NCBI RefSeq assembly: GCF_013365495.1
Contig: NZ_CP046580.1
Span: 831,428-863,427, forward strand
DNA length: 32,000 nt
Source of the DNA: Candidatus Saccharimonadota bacterium
GTDB taxonomy: Bacteria; Pseudomonadota; Alphaproteobacteria; Rickettsiales; Anaplasmataceae
Reading direction: 5' to 3'
The position numbers and the translations under genes were made by a program. The notes beneath the pieces are model-generated. The model saw nothing but the letters and a program-made list of their open reading frames with translations, did no database searches and was not told the origin of the DNA. The stretch's first letter is position 1, and each line of letters begins with the position of its first letter. Positions 8,598 through 19,585 of this stretch are shown here, in pieces.

Positions 8598-10848
8598 TAA
8601 TCCACTAATAAAATAAGAATCCAATCTAATATTACAGTATCTAAATAAAATTAATATTAATTAAAAATGAGGTTAAATTTTATCAATCTAATAAAAATAA
8701 TAAAAGCAAAGTCAAAAACAGTTTTAAAATAAAGAAAGTAATGATAAAAAAGCTTACTTTAAACAAAACTTTAACATACTCTCTGCAAAAATAACGCTTA
8801 GTTGTACTTTTAATTATTCTAGCTCTTCACTACAATCTTACTGTATCATCGAATAGAATGAAACTTTAATATATAGAGATTACATAAATAATAATAAAAC
8901 CAAAACAAAACCTTACTTTAATAAAGATCTAATATATTTAACAGTAAATAAGTAAAAAAAATTTATAATAAACTTAGCAATAAAGTTAAAAATATTGAGA
9001 GAAAAATCTTTAATAATAAAAAAATTTAACCTCCTAACATCTACTCAAACACTGAGCATTACTATATAACAAGAGCATCACAAACAACTTTAAGTAAAAC
9101 TTCAAGCTTTTATAACACAGGTTATTTTTCAATCATTCCTAAAGACTTTTAATACATCACCACTAATATTTACATCCACTACCCATTTTCCTTAAGAAAA
9201 AAAAGCTAATTTAGCTTGCAATATTCTTTTACACATATTCATCAAACGGAATAATTCTTAAAATAATTTACTACTAAAATATATCTTTTACTTACATATA
9301 ATATAAATTTGTCAAATATCATTACTTTCTTAACACAATCATTTATACTACACTAACTAATTCTTTTATTTCTTAAACCATCGTTTTCAACATAAAAATA
9401 ATTAACTTTAAAATTAAGCAAAATTATAAAAGGAGCACTAATACTTTTTCTTTTCATTTATGTTTACTAAATTTTCATACTACTTTAATTCTTTAAAATT
9501 TACTTACATTTATTATAAACTAATATTTTAGTTATTTCTATAAAAGTAAACTAATAATTTTCACTATATCTAAATTTTAGAGATAGTATTTTCGAACTAT
9601 AAATCTCTTACATAACAAAAGTTATACATATTTTTTTATTCCTTGAAATATATTCACAATATTTATGCTAAAAAAGTCACCATTACCACTCCTATGTGAA
9701 AGTAGCTTAAAAACATTAGCTATAACATCTAACGCTTATTCTCTTCTCTCTCACAAATTCATAAATATGAAGACTAATTTCTCTTTAATGGACAAAATAA
9801 AAGTTTACTACTTGTAAGTCGTTATTTTCACTATTTATTTCACATAGAAAAATAAAACCACCAATACAACTACTATTATAATATCTATATTAAAGTTCTC
9901 TAAGCTTTTAATTTTTTAATAGATATTTTTTACCAATAGTTCTATCTATAATTAATATTTTATAAGAATACATTTGTCATGCATAATTTTTTCTTATAGC
10001 AATGTATAACAAAATATAAATATTCGATAAAAATATGAAATGATAAGAATTACAACGTACGTTATAATCAAAAAAAATTTTTTTTATAATCACTATAACA
10101 CCATTCATTAAAACGACTCTAAATAAAGCACTTATTTACAACAACTACACTGTTTGAAATAATTACTCAACCACCACACCTACTTTATTAATTTTATTAA
10201 TTAACTTTTTCATCATATTTAAGAAGTTTATTACTCTTTTTTTTTACAAAGCGCTAGTATAAACTTAAGATCATTTTATACTCAGAAGCACCACAAACTT
10301 TATAACATTTTCCCTCTAATACTAATATCTTTATACATCTAGCTAAAATTGATCATACTCTATTTTCTTATGATTGATATTTTCATCAAGCGTTTCTAAA
10401 TTACTTTAATTACAGAATAAAATTAAAATATTTTGACAATAAAAACAATATATTAATACAATAACTTTTTATTACACATAAAAACAGAACAAACTTGCTT
10501 TACTTGCATACACACTAAAGCTAAAACTGTATACAAAACATGCATAAAAAATTGTCCTGCACTTTACTCACAAAATATATTCATTTTTAACCAAATTCTA
10601 TGGTTTTTTAACTAATTAAAATTATTAAGCCCCCCCCTTGCTACTTTTAATAGCCAACCTTTTTTTATAAAAAATACTAAATTAATATAAATTAGTTACC
10701 AACAATTTTTCTAAAACTCTACTAAATATCATAAAATATATATTATCTTTTTAGAACAAGAACACCTGCTATTATTAGCTATTCAAATATACACATCTTA
10801 ATATTCTTTGTTCTTTATCCTTAAAAACTAATATTTAAAAATAAAAAA

Positions 10849-11646
10849 TCAATATAAAAATTGCCTATCAAAAATTCTTTCACCTAATGAACAATCCTTA
10901 TTAAAAAGTAAAGTGATTGTGTTTTCATGATCCTTCTGTATCTTTATCTGCGATATATCATGAAATTCTTTGTAATCCGATACCACAAGTGCTGGACGAT
11001 TTTCCACATCATTAATATCAAGTTGTACTACTGTATCATTTGAAATTAATGCTCCATTCCAATGCCTTGGATAATAACTATTAATAGAGGTCAATGCAAG
11101 TAAATTCGAATTTAAAGGTAAAATTGATCCACCTGCAGAAAAATTATACGCAGTGCTACCTGTAGGAGTAGATAATATTATTCCATCACCTCTAAATTTT
11201 TCTATTTTTAGCTTATCATTTATAGTAATATTCATTTCTACTATTTGATTTGCTTTTCTAAAGACATATACTTCATTGACTGCTATATAATGATAACTTT
11301 TACCGCTTATATCTGTAGCTTCCATTTTCAATAAAGTCAACTGAGTCAAAGTAGCATACTCTATATGAGTAATCAAATCCTCACTACAGCTAAAACACTT
11401 ATTCATCAAAAAACCAACATTACCAGTATTTGTTCCATATACATGCATACTTTTATTTCCTATAACATAGTTGTGTAAAGTACGTAGCATAAAACCATCA
11501 CCACCAACAACTATCAATAAATCAACTTTAAACTTACTTTCTTCCGTTATATTAACAAAATTAAGTTTTTGTAACAGTCTAGATACTTCCTGAGATTTTG
11601 GTGATAGAGAAGCAACATAACCTATATTTTTATATTTATGATGCAT
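10849..11646 (-). CDS. nadK: NAD+ kinase
   Basis: 265 aa. Motifs 'VVGGDGFMLRT', 'NEVYVFR' and 'GDGIILSTPTGSTAYNFSAGGSIL'. Confidence 0.9.
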   Translation of the reverse strand: MHHKYKNIGYVASLSPKSQEVSRLLQKLNFVNITEESKFKVDLLIVVGGDGFMLRTLHNYVIGNKSMHVYGTNTGNVGFLMNKCFSCSEDLITHIEYATLTQLTLLKMEATDISGKSYHYIAVNEVYVFRKANQIVEMNITINDKLKIEKFRGDGIILSTPTGSTAYNFSAGGSILPLNSNLLALTSINSYYPRHWNGALISNDTVVQLDINDVENRPALVVSDYKEFHDISQIKIQKDHENTITLLFNKDCSLGERIFDRQFLY

Positions 11647-11679
11647 ATTTTAGCTAGTTCTCCAAAATAAGAGAAAAAA

Positions 11680-11892
11680 TTAGAAAATATCCCCATATCT
11701 ATTGTTAAATTTAGCTACCTTACTAGTTTTACTCGCTGATCCGCTCGTAAAACTTCCAGTCCATGCAGGATGGGTTAGAGGATCTCTATCAAGTTTCACT
11801 CTATCACCTTCCTTACCATAAGTGGAACGAGTTACAAACTCTTGACCATCTGTTGTAACTATAGTTATTTTATGATAATCAACTTTTATCAT
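11680..11892 (-). CDS. rpmE: 50S ribosomal protein L31
   Basis: 70 aa. Contains 'HPAWTG' and a C-terminal 'KFNNRYG'. It lies 33 nt upstream of nadK on the same strand. Confidence 0.85.
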   Translation of the reverse strand: MIKVDYHKITIVTTDGQEFVTRSTYGKEGDRVKLDRDPLTHPAWTGSFTSGSASKTSKVAKFNNRYGDIF

Positions 11893-11921
11893 ACCTGCCT
11901 ATAAACTCTCAATTTATTAAC

Positions 11922-11950
11922 ATTCTAGTAAACTTAATTTATTAAGTCAA
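11922..11950 (-). promoter_or_regulatory. candidate promoter for rpmE-nadK
   Basis: The minus strand reads TTGACT (11950-11945), a 17-nt spacer, then TAGAAT (11927-11922). An AGG-containing SD-like 'aggcaggt' precedes the ATG. Confidence 0.4.
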
Positions 11951-12018
11951 TCAGTATTCAAAATATTGACAAAAATTAAATAATATAGTCTCCTTATGAA
12001 AAAGAAGTAATAATTATT

Positions 12019-12960
12019 ATGATTTTTGCCTTCCCTGGTCAAGGCTCTCAATTCATAGGAATGGGGAAGAGCTTGTATAATAATTTCTCTGCTGCAAGAC
12101 AAGTATTTAATGAAGTAGATAACATTCTAAATAGAAACTTATCAAGTTTAATTTTTAATGGTCCTATTGAAGAATTAACTATTACAAAAAATGCTCAACC
12201 AGCTATAATGGCAGTGTCAATTGCAACGTTACGTACTATAGAATACGTACTCGGCAGGTCTCTTTTCTCTGACCAAAATACTAAATACATTTGTGGCCAT
12301 TCAGTTGGAGAGTACACAGCACTATGTGCTGCAGGTGCATTAACCCTTGAGTCCGCAATCAAGCTGCTAAAAGTTCGTAGCAAAATAATGCATGATGTTT
12401 CGCTGAAGCGTCAAGGAGGAATGGTTGCACTATTAGGTGCAGAAATAAGTGAAGTAGAAAATATATTAAAATCTACCCAAATTAAAGGAATCTGCGAAAT
12501 TGCGAATGATAACGGAGGTGGACAAGTAGTAGTGAGTGGTACTATAAAAGCTCTTGAAATGTTACCTAATTTACTCAAAAACACAAGTGTAAGAAAATCA
12601 ATAAAATTACAAGTTAGTGGACCTTTCCATTCATCTCTTATGAAACCTGCTGATAAAAAATTTTTAAATTTTTTAAAGAATATCAAAATAACTTCTCCTT
12701 TAATTCCCTTTGTATCAAATGTTACAGCAAAAGAGGAAAGTAATCCTAAAGCTATAAAAGCTTTACTCGCTAAACAAATTATCAGTAAAGTAAGATGGAA
12801 GGAAATGATTTTATATATGTCAAGTCGTGGTACTAACAAATTTATTGAAATTGGCCCTAATAAAATTTTATCTAATTTAGTAAAGAGAATTGATCAATCT
12901 ATTAGTACAAAAAATGTAAATAGTATTAATGACATTAACAATTTTTTAACAAGCCATTGA
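12019..12960 (+). CDS. fabD: malonyl-CoA:ACP transacylase
   Basis: 313 aa. Motifs 'FPGQGSQ', active-site 'GHSVGEYTAL' and 'VSGPFHS'. Confidence 0.92.
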   Translation: MIFAFPGQGSQFIGMGKSLYNNFSAARQVFNEVDNILNRNLSSLIFNGPIEELTITKNAQPAIMAVSIATLRTIEYVLGRSLFSDQNTKYICGHSVGEYTALCAAGALTLESAIKLLKVRSKIMHDVSLKRQGGMVALLGAEISEVENILKSTQIKGICEIANDNGGGQVVVSGTIKALEMLPNLLKNTSVRKSIKLQVSGPFHSSLMKPADKKFLNFLKNIKITSPLIPFVSNVTAKEESNPKAIKALLAKQIISKVRWKEMILYMSSRGTNKFIEIGPNKILSNLVKRIDQSISTKNVNSINDINNFLTSH

Positions 12961-13031
12961 TATCTGTAAAGAAAAATCTAAAACTATTTAATTAAACGTT
13001 ATTGTATCTTAATAACAAAATAACAGAAAAA

Positions 13032-14537
13032 TTATTCAATCAATGAACTACCTGTCATTTTACCTGCTTTTTTAATTCCAAATAACTGTAAAATAGTAGG
13101 GGCGACATCAGATAACTTTCCATCTTTTAATTTTAAAGTGCTATAATAATTAGAACACACAATAAATGGAACCCTATTCAAAGTATGTGCTGTATGAGGT
13201 ATATTATTTTTTTCATCAAATATACACTCGACATTGCCATGATCTGCCGTAATAATAAGCACAGCATTGCCTACTTTATTAACAGCATTGAAAACTTTTG
13301 CTAGGCAACTGTCTACAGTTAACACAGCCTTCTTAGCTGCTTCCATATTGCCTGTGTGTCCAACCATATCAGGATTAGCATAATTTACAACTATCAGTGC
13401 AAATTCTTGAGAATAAATTTTCTCCACCAGCCTTTCAGTAAGTTCAAAAGCCGACATTTCTGGCTTCAAATCATAAGTTTTAACTTTTGGTGAAGGAATG
13501 AGAATTCTTTCTTCACCAAGAAAAGGTTTTTCTTTTTTACAATTAAAAAAAAAAGTTACATGGGGATATTTTTCAGTCTCAGCTATACGTAATTGTCGTA
13601 ATTTATTATCTTCCATTATTTGTCCTAAAGTATCAGCAAAAGATGCAGAAGAGAAAAGAAAAGGAATATGAAAATCTTCTTTATATTTCATCATACTTAA
13701 AACAGAAGATAATTTTACTCCTTGACTATAGTTTGTTTTACCCAACAAAATACTTGTCAACTGTATCATTCTATCAGCACGAAAGTTAGCAAATAATACC
13801 CCATCCTCTGGTTCTATACCTTGATAATTACCTATCACTGTAGGTTTAATAAATTCATCAGTTACACTACTTTGATAATTAGTATTAATTAACGATATAA
13901 CATTATCATAACGTGGTGCTTTTGTAAAAGCGATAGCCTCAAAAGCCTTAATTGTCCTTTCCCATCTATTATCACGATCCATAGCATAATAACGTCCAGA
14001 GACAGTAGCAATTACTATATTGTTACCCTTTATACTTTCTTCAAACTCTTGAATACATTTTTTCCCAGAATTTGGCAGCGTATCTCTACCATCTAAAAAT
14101 GCATGTATCACCACTTTAATTCCATACTGTGATACTTTATTTGCTAAAGTTGTAATATGTTTTTGATGCGAATGAACCCCACCATCTGATACTAACCCCA
14201 TTATATGACATACACCATTTTTATTTTTTAACTTTTTAATAAGATACTGTAGATTTACATTATCTTCTACTGCTCCAATTCCTTGATTAATAAGTTGTAG
14301 ACTTTGCATTTCTACTCTACCACTACCAATATTCATATGGCCAACCTCTGAGTTACCTATTTGACCACTTGGTAATCCAACATCAGTTCCACAAGCAGAT
14401 AAACTGCATTTTGGATAATTAGAGTTAATATACTGCCAACATGATGGATTAGCATTGCTAATAGCATTATACTTACTACCTTCTATTCCATTTCCCCAAC
14501 CATCCAATATACATAAAACAACTGATTTAAAGCCCAT
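13032..14537 (-). CDS. gpmI: 2,3-bisphosphoglycerate-independent phosphoglycerate mutase
   Basis: 501 aa. Motifs 'ILDGWG', '[13 protein letters not shown]', 'SDGGVHSH', '[12 protein letters not shown]' and 'ADHGN'. Confidence 0.93.
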   Translation of the reverse strand: MGFKSVVLCILDGWGNGIEGSKYNAISNANPSCWQYINSNYPKCSLSACGTDVGLPSGQIGNSEVGHMNIGSGRVEMQSLQLINQGIGAVEDNVNLQYLIKKLKNKNGVCHIMGLVSDGGVHSHQKHITTLANKVSQYGIKVVIHAFLDGRDTLPNSGKKCIQEFEESIKGNNIVIATVSGRYYAMDRDNRWERTIKAFEAIAFTKAPRYDNVISLINTNYQSSVTDEFIKPTVIGNYQGIEPEDGVLFANFRADRMIQLTSILLGKTNYSQGVKLSSVLSMMKYKEDFHIPFLFSSASFADTLGQIMEDNKLRQLRIAETEKYPHVTFFFNCKKEKPFLGEERILIPSPKVKTYDLKPEMSAFELTERLVEKIYSQEFALIVVNYANPDMVGHTGNMEAAKKAVLTVDSCLAKVFNAVNKVGNAVLIITADHGNVECIFDEKNNIPHTAHTLNRVPFIVCSNYYSTLKLKDGKLSDVAPTILQLFGIKKAGKMTGSSLIE

Positions 14538-15423
14538 AAAAAAATTATCTCATTAAATTAATATTTTTTGATATTATCAAAAATAAACTCTCTTTAACAA
14601 TCATCTCCAAATTTTTAATATTAATATCCAACATAACTATATAACAAATCTTTAACAATGATATAATCACACGCAACCCAGAACAGAAACTACAAATAAA
14701 TTTTTACTATCCTATTACCATAAAACTTAAATTACCTCCAAGTCTATAAAATAATTTAACAAACCACCTATTTTTATACTTTAATAACTCTATCAAAACA
14801 TATTTCATAAATACAACTAATCCCATTATCAAACCAAAATAAAAAGTAAACACTTATAAAAAGTGAAAATTATAATATTTTTTATATAAAATACTACTTA
14901 CATAACTAAACTAAGTATTTTCTATTATTAAATTCTGCAAAAAATCCACTCTCCTCAAGAAAACATACCTATAAAAATACATTTTCTCGGTCTTACTTAG
15001 ACTAAAAAAAGATAACCTTCTAATAATCAAAATATTGCAAATTTAATATAGATACTATAAAATTTCAAGCTTAGAAAAAATAATTTAATAAATTAGAGAC
15101 ACATTCAATAATTAAGAAGCAATATTTTTTTCATATTTATCATGAGCATAACTAAATATAAAAGCTGCTATTACCTCATAAAATTATTATAAATTCCTAA
15201 TAACTACCATTTACTCAAAGAAAAACAAATTTGCTGATTATTTTTACAAATCATTAAAACAATTACATTACAATAAGCATTACAAATCAAACTTTTAAAA
15301 ATTGTCTTGAATATTTACCATATAACCTTTTATAACTTATTTATTAAAAATCTCTCTTAATTTTTGCAATTAAAATATAATATGATTATATTACTCTAAT
15401 TCAAAATTATTACTTTACTATCA

Positions 15424-15453
15424 TTGACTACATCAAAAATTTCATATTATAAT
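15424..15453 (+). promoter_or_regulatory. candidate promoter for rsmH
   Basis: TTGACT (15424-15429), an 18-nt spacer, then TATAAT (15448-15453). A 7-bp hairpin, agctttt/aaaagct (about 15469-15485), follows just before the start codon. Confidence 0.35.
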
Positions 15454-15497
15454 TATACTCCCATTATTAGCTTTTACTAAAAGCTTTGATAACAAAA

Positions 15498-16505
15498 ATG
15501 TCATTTATGCATATTCCAGTCTTACTAAAAGAAATGCTGTCACAACTTTCACCACAAAATGGCGGCACATATATAGATGCTACATTTGGAGCTGGAGGAT
15601 ATAGCAAAGCAATATTAGAATCAGCTGATTGTAAAGTATATGCAATTGATCGAGATAAAACAGTCATTAAGTTTTTTAATAGCTTAAATATTAAATATCC
15701 CAACAAAATAAAATTGTTTATTGAAAAATTTAGTAACATCAAAACCATAATAAATAGCACTAACTCCTGGCACTTTATTGAATCTTCTACCATAATTCAA
15801 AAACCCTCTTCCATTATCTCAGCAGAGATTAATAAAAAAAAAGTAAACTCAAAATTAAGCATTGAGATGATACCACACAATACTGTAGATGGAGTTGTAT
15901 TTGACATAGGAGTATCATCTATGCAAATTGATGAAGGAAATAGAGGATTTTCTTTTTTACATAATGGTCCACTTGACATGCGTATGGATAGTTCCTCTTA
16001 CATTAACGCCTCAATATTCGTTAATACTCTACATGAAGAAGAAATTGCAAATACTATCTATAATTATGGAGGTGAACGTCACTCTCGTAAAATTGCAAGA
16101 GCAATAGTAAACGCACGTAAAAAAAAAACTATCAACACTACATTTGAGCTCGCAGATATTATACGTTCAGTAGTATTTCGTGGAAAAAACAAAATTGACC
16201 CTGCAACTAAAACATTTCAAGCAATCAGAATATGGGTTAACGATGAGCTTAAAGAACTTGAAAAAGGTATTAAAGCTGCATCCGAAATCTTAAATAAAAA
16301 TGGTAAGATAATTGTCATCACTTTCCATTCTTTAGAAGATCGTATAGTGAAAACCTTCTTTAAGAGTCTGTGCGAGCCAAGATTCACCAACCATAAAATA
16401 TTTTTTCCTTTAAATAAAAAAGTAATCAAAGCAAGTATAGAAGAAATAAGTACAAACCCACGTGCACGTTCAGCAAAATTAAGAGCTATACAAAAACTAT
16501 TATAA
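15498..16505 (+). CDS. rsmH: 16S rRNA (cytosine1402-N4)-methyltransferase RsmH/MraW
   Basis: Motifs 'HIPVLL', 'DATFGAGGYS', 'DIGVSSMQID', 'GPLDMRM' and 'TFHSLEDR'. I prefer the ATG at 15498 over the TTG at 15486 used in the ORF track. It carries an extra ~35-aa segment (see findings). Confidence 0.88.
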   Translation: MSFMHIPVLLKEMLSQLSPQNGGTYIDATFGAGGYSKAILESADCKVYAIDRDKTVIKFFNSLNIKYPNKIKLFIEKFSNIKTIINSTNSWHFIESSTIIQKPSSIISAEINKKKVNSKLSIEMIPHNTVDGVVFDIGVSSMQIDEGNRGFSFLHNGPLDMRMDSSSYINASIFVNTLHEEEIANTIYNYGGERHSRKIARAIVNARKKKTINTTFELADIIRSVVFRGKNKIDPATKTFQAIRIWVNDELKELEKGIKAASEILNKNGKIIVITFHSLEDRIVKTFFKSLCEPRFTNHKIFFPLNKKVIKASIEEISTNPRARSAKLRAIQKLL

Positions 16506-16830
16506 ACATCCTATTATTTATCTCAACAATGACACTTTATTTTTAGCAACAAAAAAATATTTTAAGTAAATAAATACTTAGCCATTGAATATGAAAATCA
16601 ACAAAGATGAAATATAAAATTATCAAAAAAAAGAAAGAAAAAAGTTCGAAGGCTTATTAAAAAAAAATTAAAAAATAGGATTATACTCATTATACTAAGT
16701 TAAAACCTCAACTTTTTAAAGAATCATGTATATCAACCAGCCTTAAAAGTTTATAAAAACTATACATTACAAAATAATATCTTTAAATATAGAATAAAAC
16801 TTTAGCATATCTTTAGCTTCTTCATCTTTT

Positions 16831-16854
16831 AATTTTACCTTTAATTTTACCTTT
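16831..16854. repeat. 12-bp direct tandem duplication (aattttaccttt x2, plus a partial third copy)
   Basis: Read directly: 16831-16842 is identical to 16843-16854. Confidence 0.8.
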
Positions 16855-18282
16855 ATCCTTTCTTAATATTTACCTTAAGCCTTAAAATAAAAAGTCATCA
16901 CACCAAATTAAAGATAAATAAAAAAAATCAATACTTACTTTATAATTCTTCAAACAAAAGATTTAAGTTTATTAATATTATTTATATTTCATTCAACACT
17001 AACTTTATTAGATATATTCACTAATTACATTTAACAATTTTTATACCCCATATTTACCTACTTTTTATCTTCATAACAACTTATCTATATTTAAAATAAC
17101 CTTGATAATAGCAAAAAGTAAAATCCGTTCCCATTGTTCATAAACACCACCTTTAATTTTTGGTAAGATTTTCACAATTTTTATATAAATAATAAAAAAA
17201 CTTACCAAAAATAAAAAAAAGTTAATAATATTATTAATAGCAACCTTTATATATTCAAGTATTACTATTTAAATCCTTTCATTATACCTTTAATTATCTT
17301 TTTTTATAATGTAAAAAATATTATTATTTTTACATAAAGCTTAATAATATAATCTAACATTTAACAAATTAAAAAATAAAGTTTTTTTGTATAGATAAAT
17401 TTTCCCAAGTTAGTCTTTTATTTACTTTTTTATAATAACCTTACTACATAAACTTTATTAATAAACCATGCAAAAAAAAACTAGTATCATTTTTTTACAT
17501 TTTTACTTTATATATTGTATTATATCTTTCCCTTAGGATTCTATAATTTTTACATATATGTTAGAATAAATGGAGATTGATAAAAAATCAAAGCAAAAAA
17601 AATATTATATTCACATTTTATATTAAATTCTTTCTAAAAAATCACACAATAAAACTATATACATAAAAGCTTCTTCTTTTTAAAGATTTTTTATTGATTT
17701 TTAAATTTTTTTATTATCAAAAAAATATTACCTTATATCATTCACAATGTAGAAAATACAGTATAATAAATCTCTTATTTTTAAAATTACTACCATTCAA
17801 TTATAAAAATTCAGTAGCTACTTATTCTATATATAACAGTATATAATTAACTTTTATTTTTAAAAATCTAATCAAAACAAACTTCATATTCTAACACAAT
17901 AATTTTATCTAATTACATTACCTTTTTCTAAAAAATTCATTAATTTAAAAAAAAGACTCTATATTTTACATCTAAATTAATACTAATACACTTCTCACTA
18001 ATTAATTCATATTTTTTTCACACCTATACTCTTTAAATCAAACTACTTTTACACAAAAATAATTCTCTACTTAATAAAGTCTGAATAAATCAGTAAAAAT
18101 ACACTGTATAAGGAAATATTACATATAATTCTACAAAATGATTCTCACTTAGAAAATCCCAAAAAACCATACTACATAAAAACACTATATAAAAAACAAA
18201 AGAATATTATAAAAATAATTAACAGTTACTATTTCAGTTAAACTATTAATAATCAAAAATTAAACAAAACACTAAACTCTTT

Positions 18283-18306
18283 AATGGCTCTTAAAATGGC
18301 TCTTAA
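18283..18306. repeat. 12-bp direct tandem duplication (aatggctcttaa x2)
   Basis: Read directly: 18283-18294 is identical to 18295-18306. Confidence 0.8.
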
Positions 18307-18825
18307 AAAAAAATTACATTTAAATAAAGATTATATTTATAATAATTATACTTTAAAATAAACAAAGATCAAATTCTTCAACCAAAAGTTATTTTTACAA
18401 AATAAGTGTTTATATTTTTAAAAACTGTATTTAAAATTTACTTATTTTTCTAAAGGTTCTATAATTCCAATACTTATTATGAGTAACTCAAATTTTTCAT
18501 ATGATAAAATATTTTTTTGATTAAAATTATTTTTCTATCAAATCAATCAAGAAATCCACTATCAAAAATTAAAGTTTTCATATTTACTAAAATTAGCACC
18601 AAGCATACTTTTTCATCTGAAATAACATACGCAAATTTATATGACTAAATAATTATATTAAGAAAAGTTACTTTAAAAAAATTTTATCAAGCGGCAATTT
18701 ATAATTTATATATAGATACTATTGTCAATTACTATAATTGACCTATCATCACTTAATAAAAAATATAAAATAAAAAAAATCACAGTATTATTACTTTCTT
18801 TATATATTAGAAGTTTAATTTTAAC

Positions 18826-19503
18826 TTACTTATAACTCACTTTTACACAATACTGACCATCCTTAAAAAGAAATCTAACATCTTTCATCCCTTGATTACG
18901 AAGCTTTGATACAGCTGATTTAGCAGCCTGAATGCTTTTAAAAAATGCAATATACCCTTTACTTTTTGCATTATTTTTCTTTGGATGATGTTTTTGCATT
19001 TCTTTTTCATACTGTTTTCTATAATGAGGAGTATTTTTTACTAACCGTTCTGACATTTTCCTTAAATATTGAATTTTCACTTTTGTAAGTCCAGATTTAT
19101 GAAATCCTAAAATTTTTGCTGCTTTTTCTGATAAATCTATCAACCTACCTTCAACAAACGGTCCTCTATCATTAACCCTTACAATAAGCTTTTTTCCATT
19201 CTCTAAATTAGTAACAAGAACAAAACATGGGAGAGGTAAAGTTCTATGTGCAGCAGAAATTAAATGACGGTTAAACACTTCACCATTTGCTGTAATTGTA
19301 CTATGACCTTTCATTCCATACCATGACGCTATTCCTACCTCTTCATAACGATTACAATGTTTTGGATAATAAGTTACACCATTTATTGTGTAACTATTAC
19401 CAATCTTATAGTGACCAGAAGCATTATTATACTTGTTATAAAAACTACAACTACTTACCAAAATAAATAACAAGCACAGAAAAACCGAATTTCTCATTAT
19501 CAT
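18826..19503 (-). CDS. rlpA: RlpA-like septal lipoprotein (DPBB domain plus C-terminal SPOR-like domain)
   Basis: Lipobox 'LVSSC'. DPBB block 'ASWYG..G..TANGEVF....ISAAHRTLPLPCFVLVTNLENGKKLIVRVNDRGPF'. The C-terminal 'GYIAFFKSIQAAKSAVSKLRNQGM..VRF...GQYCVKV' looks like a SPOR domain. The ORF-track start is a TTG at 19512; I prefer the ATG at 19503. Confidence 0.8.
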   Translation of the reverse strand: MIMRNSVFLCLLFILVSSCSFYNKYNNASGHYKIGNSYTINGVTYYPKHCNRYEEVGIASWYGMKGHSTITANGEVFNRHLISAAHRTLPLPCFVLVTNLENGKKLIVRVNDRGPFVEGRLIDLSEKAAKILGFHKSGLTKVKIQYLRKMSERLVKNTPHYRKQYEKEMQKHHPKKNNAKSKGYIAFFKSIQAAKSAVSKLRNQGMKDVRFLFKDGQYCVKVSYK

Positions 19504-19585
19504 ATTCAGCAAAAAAGTTTATACCATAAATATTTTAAATTAAACTATAATAGATTTAGTAATAAGTAAACTTTTACATTAAATT

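Noticed and set aside
10054-10085. Palindromes aacgtacgtt (10054-10063) and A8T8 (10070-10085), flanked by direct 'ataatc' copies.
   Set aside because: These are short, low-complexity AT symmetry of a kind expected in such DNA, with no associated gene end, promoter or repeat family.
16591-16790. Purine-rich, G-containing patch just after rsmH. One frame reads 'KKRKKKVRRLIKKKLKNRIILIILS*NLNFLKNHVYQPALKVY...', which loosely resembles a basic N-terminus plus TM segment of an FtsL-like remnant.
   Set aside because: It needs at least one frameshift and one stop read-through. The hydrophobic stretch is too short for a TM helix. A-runs trivially translate to lysine runs. It cannot be supported without a profile search.
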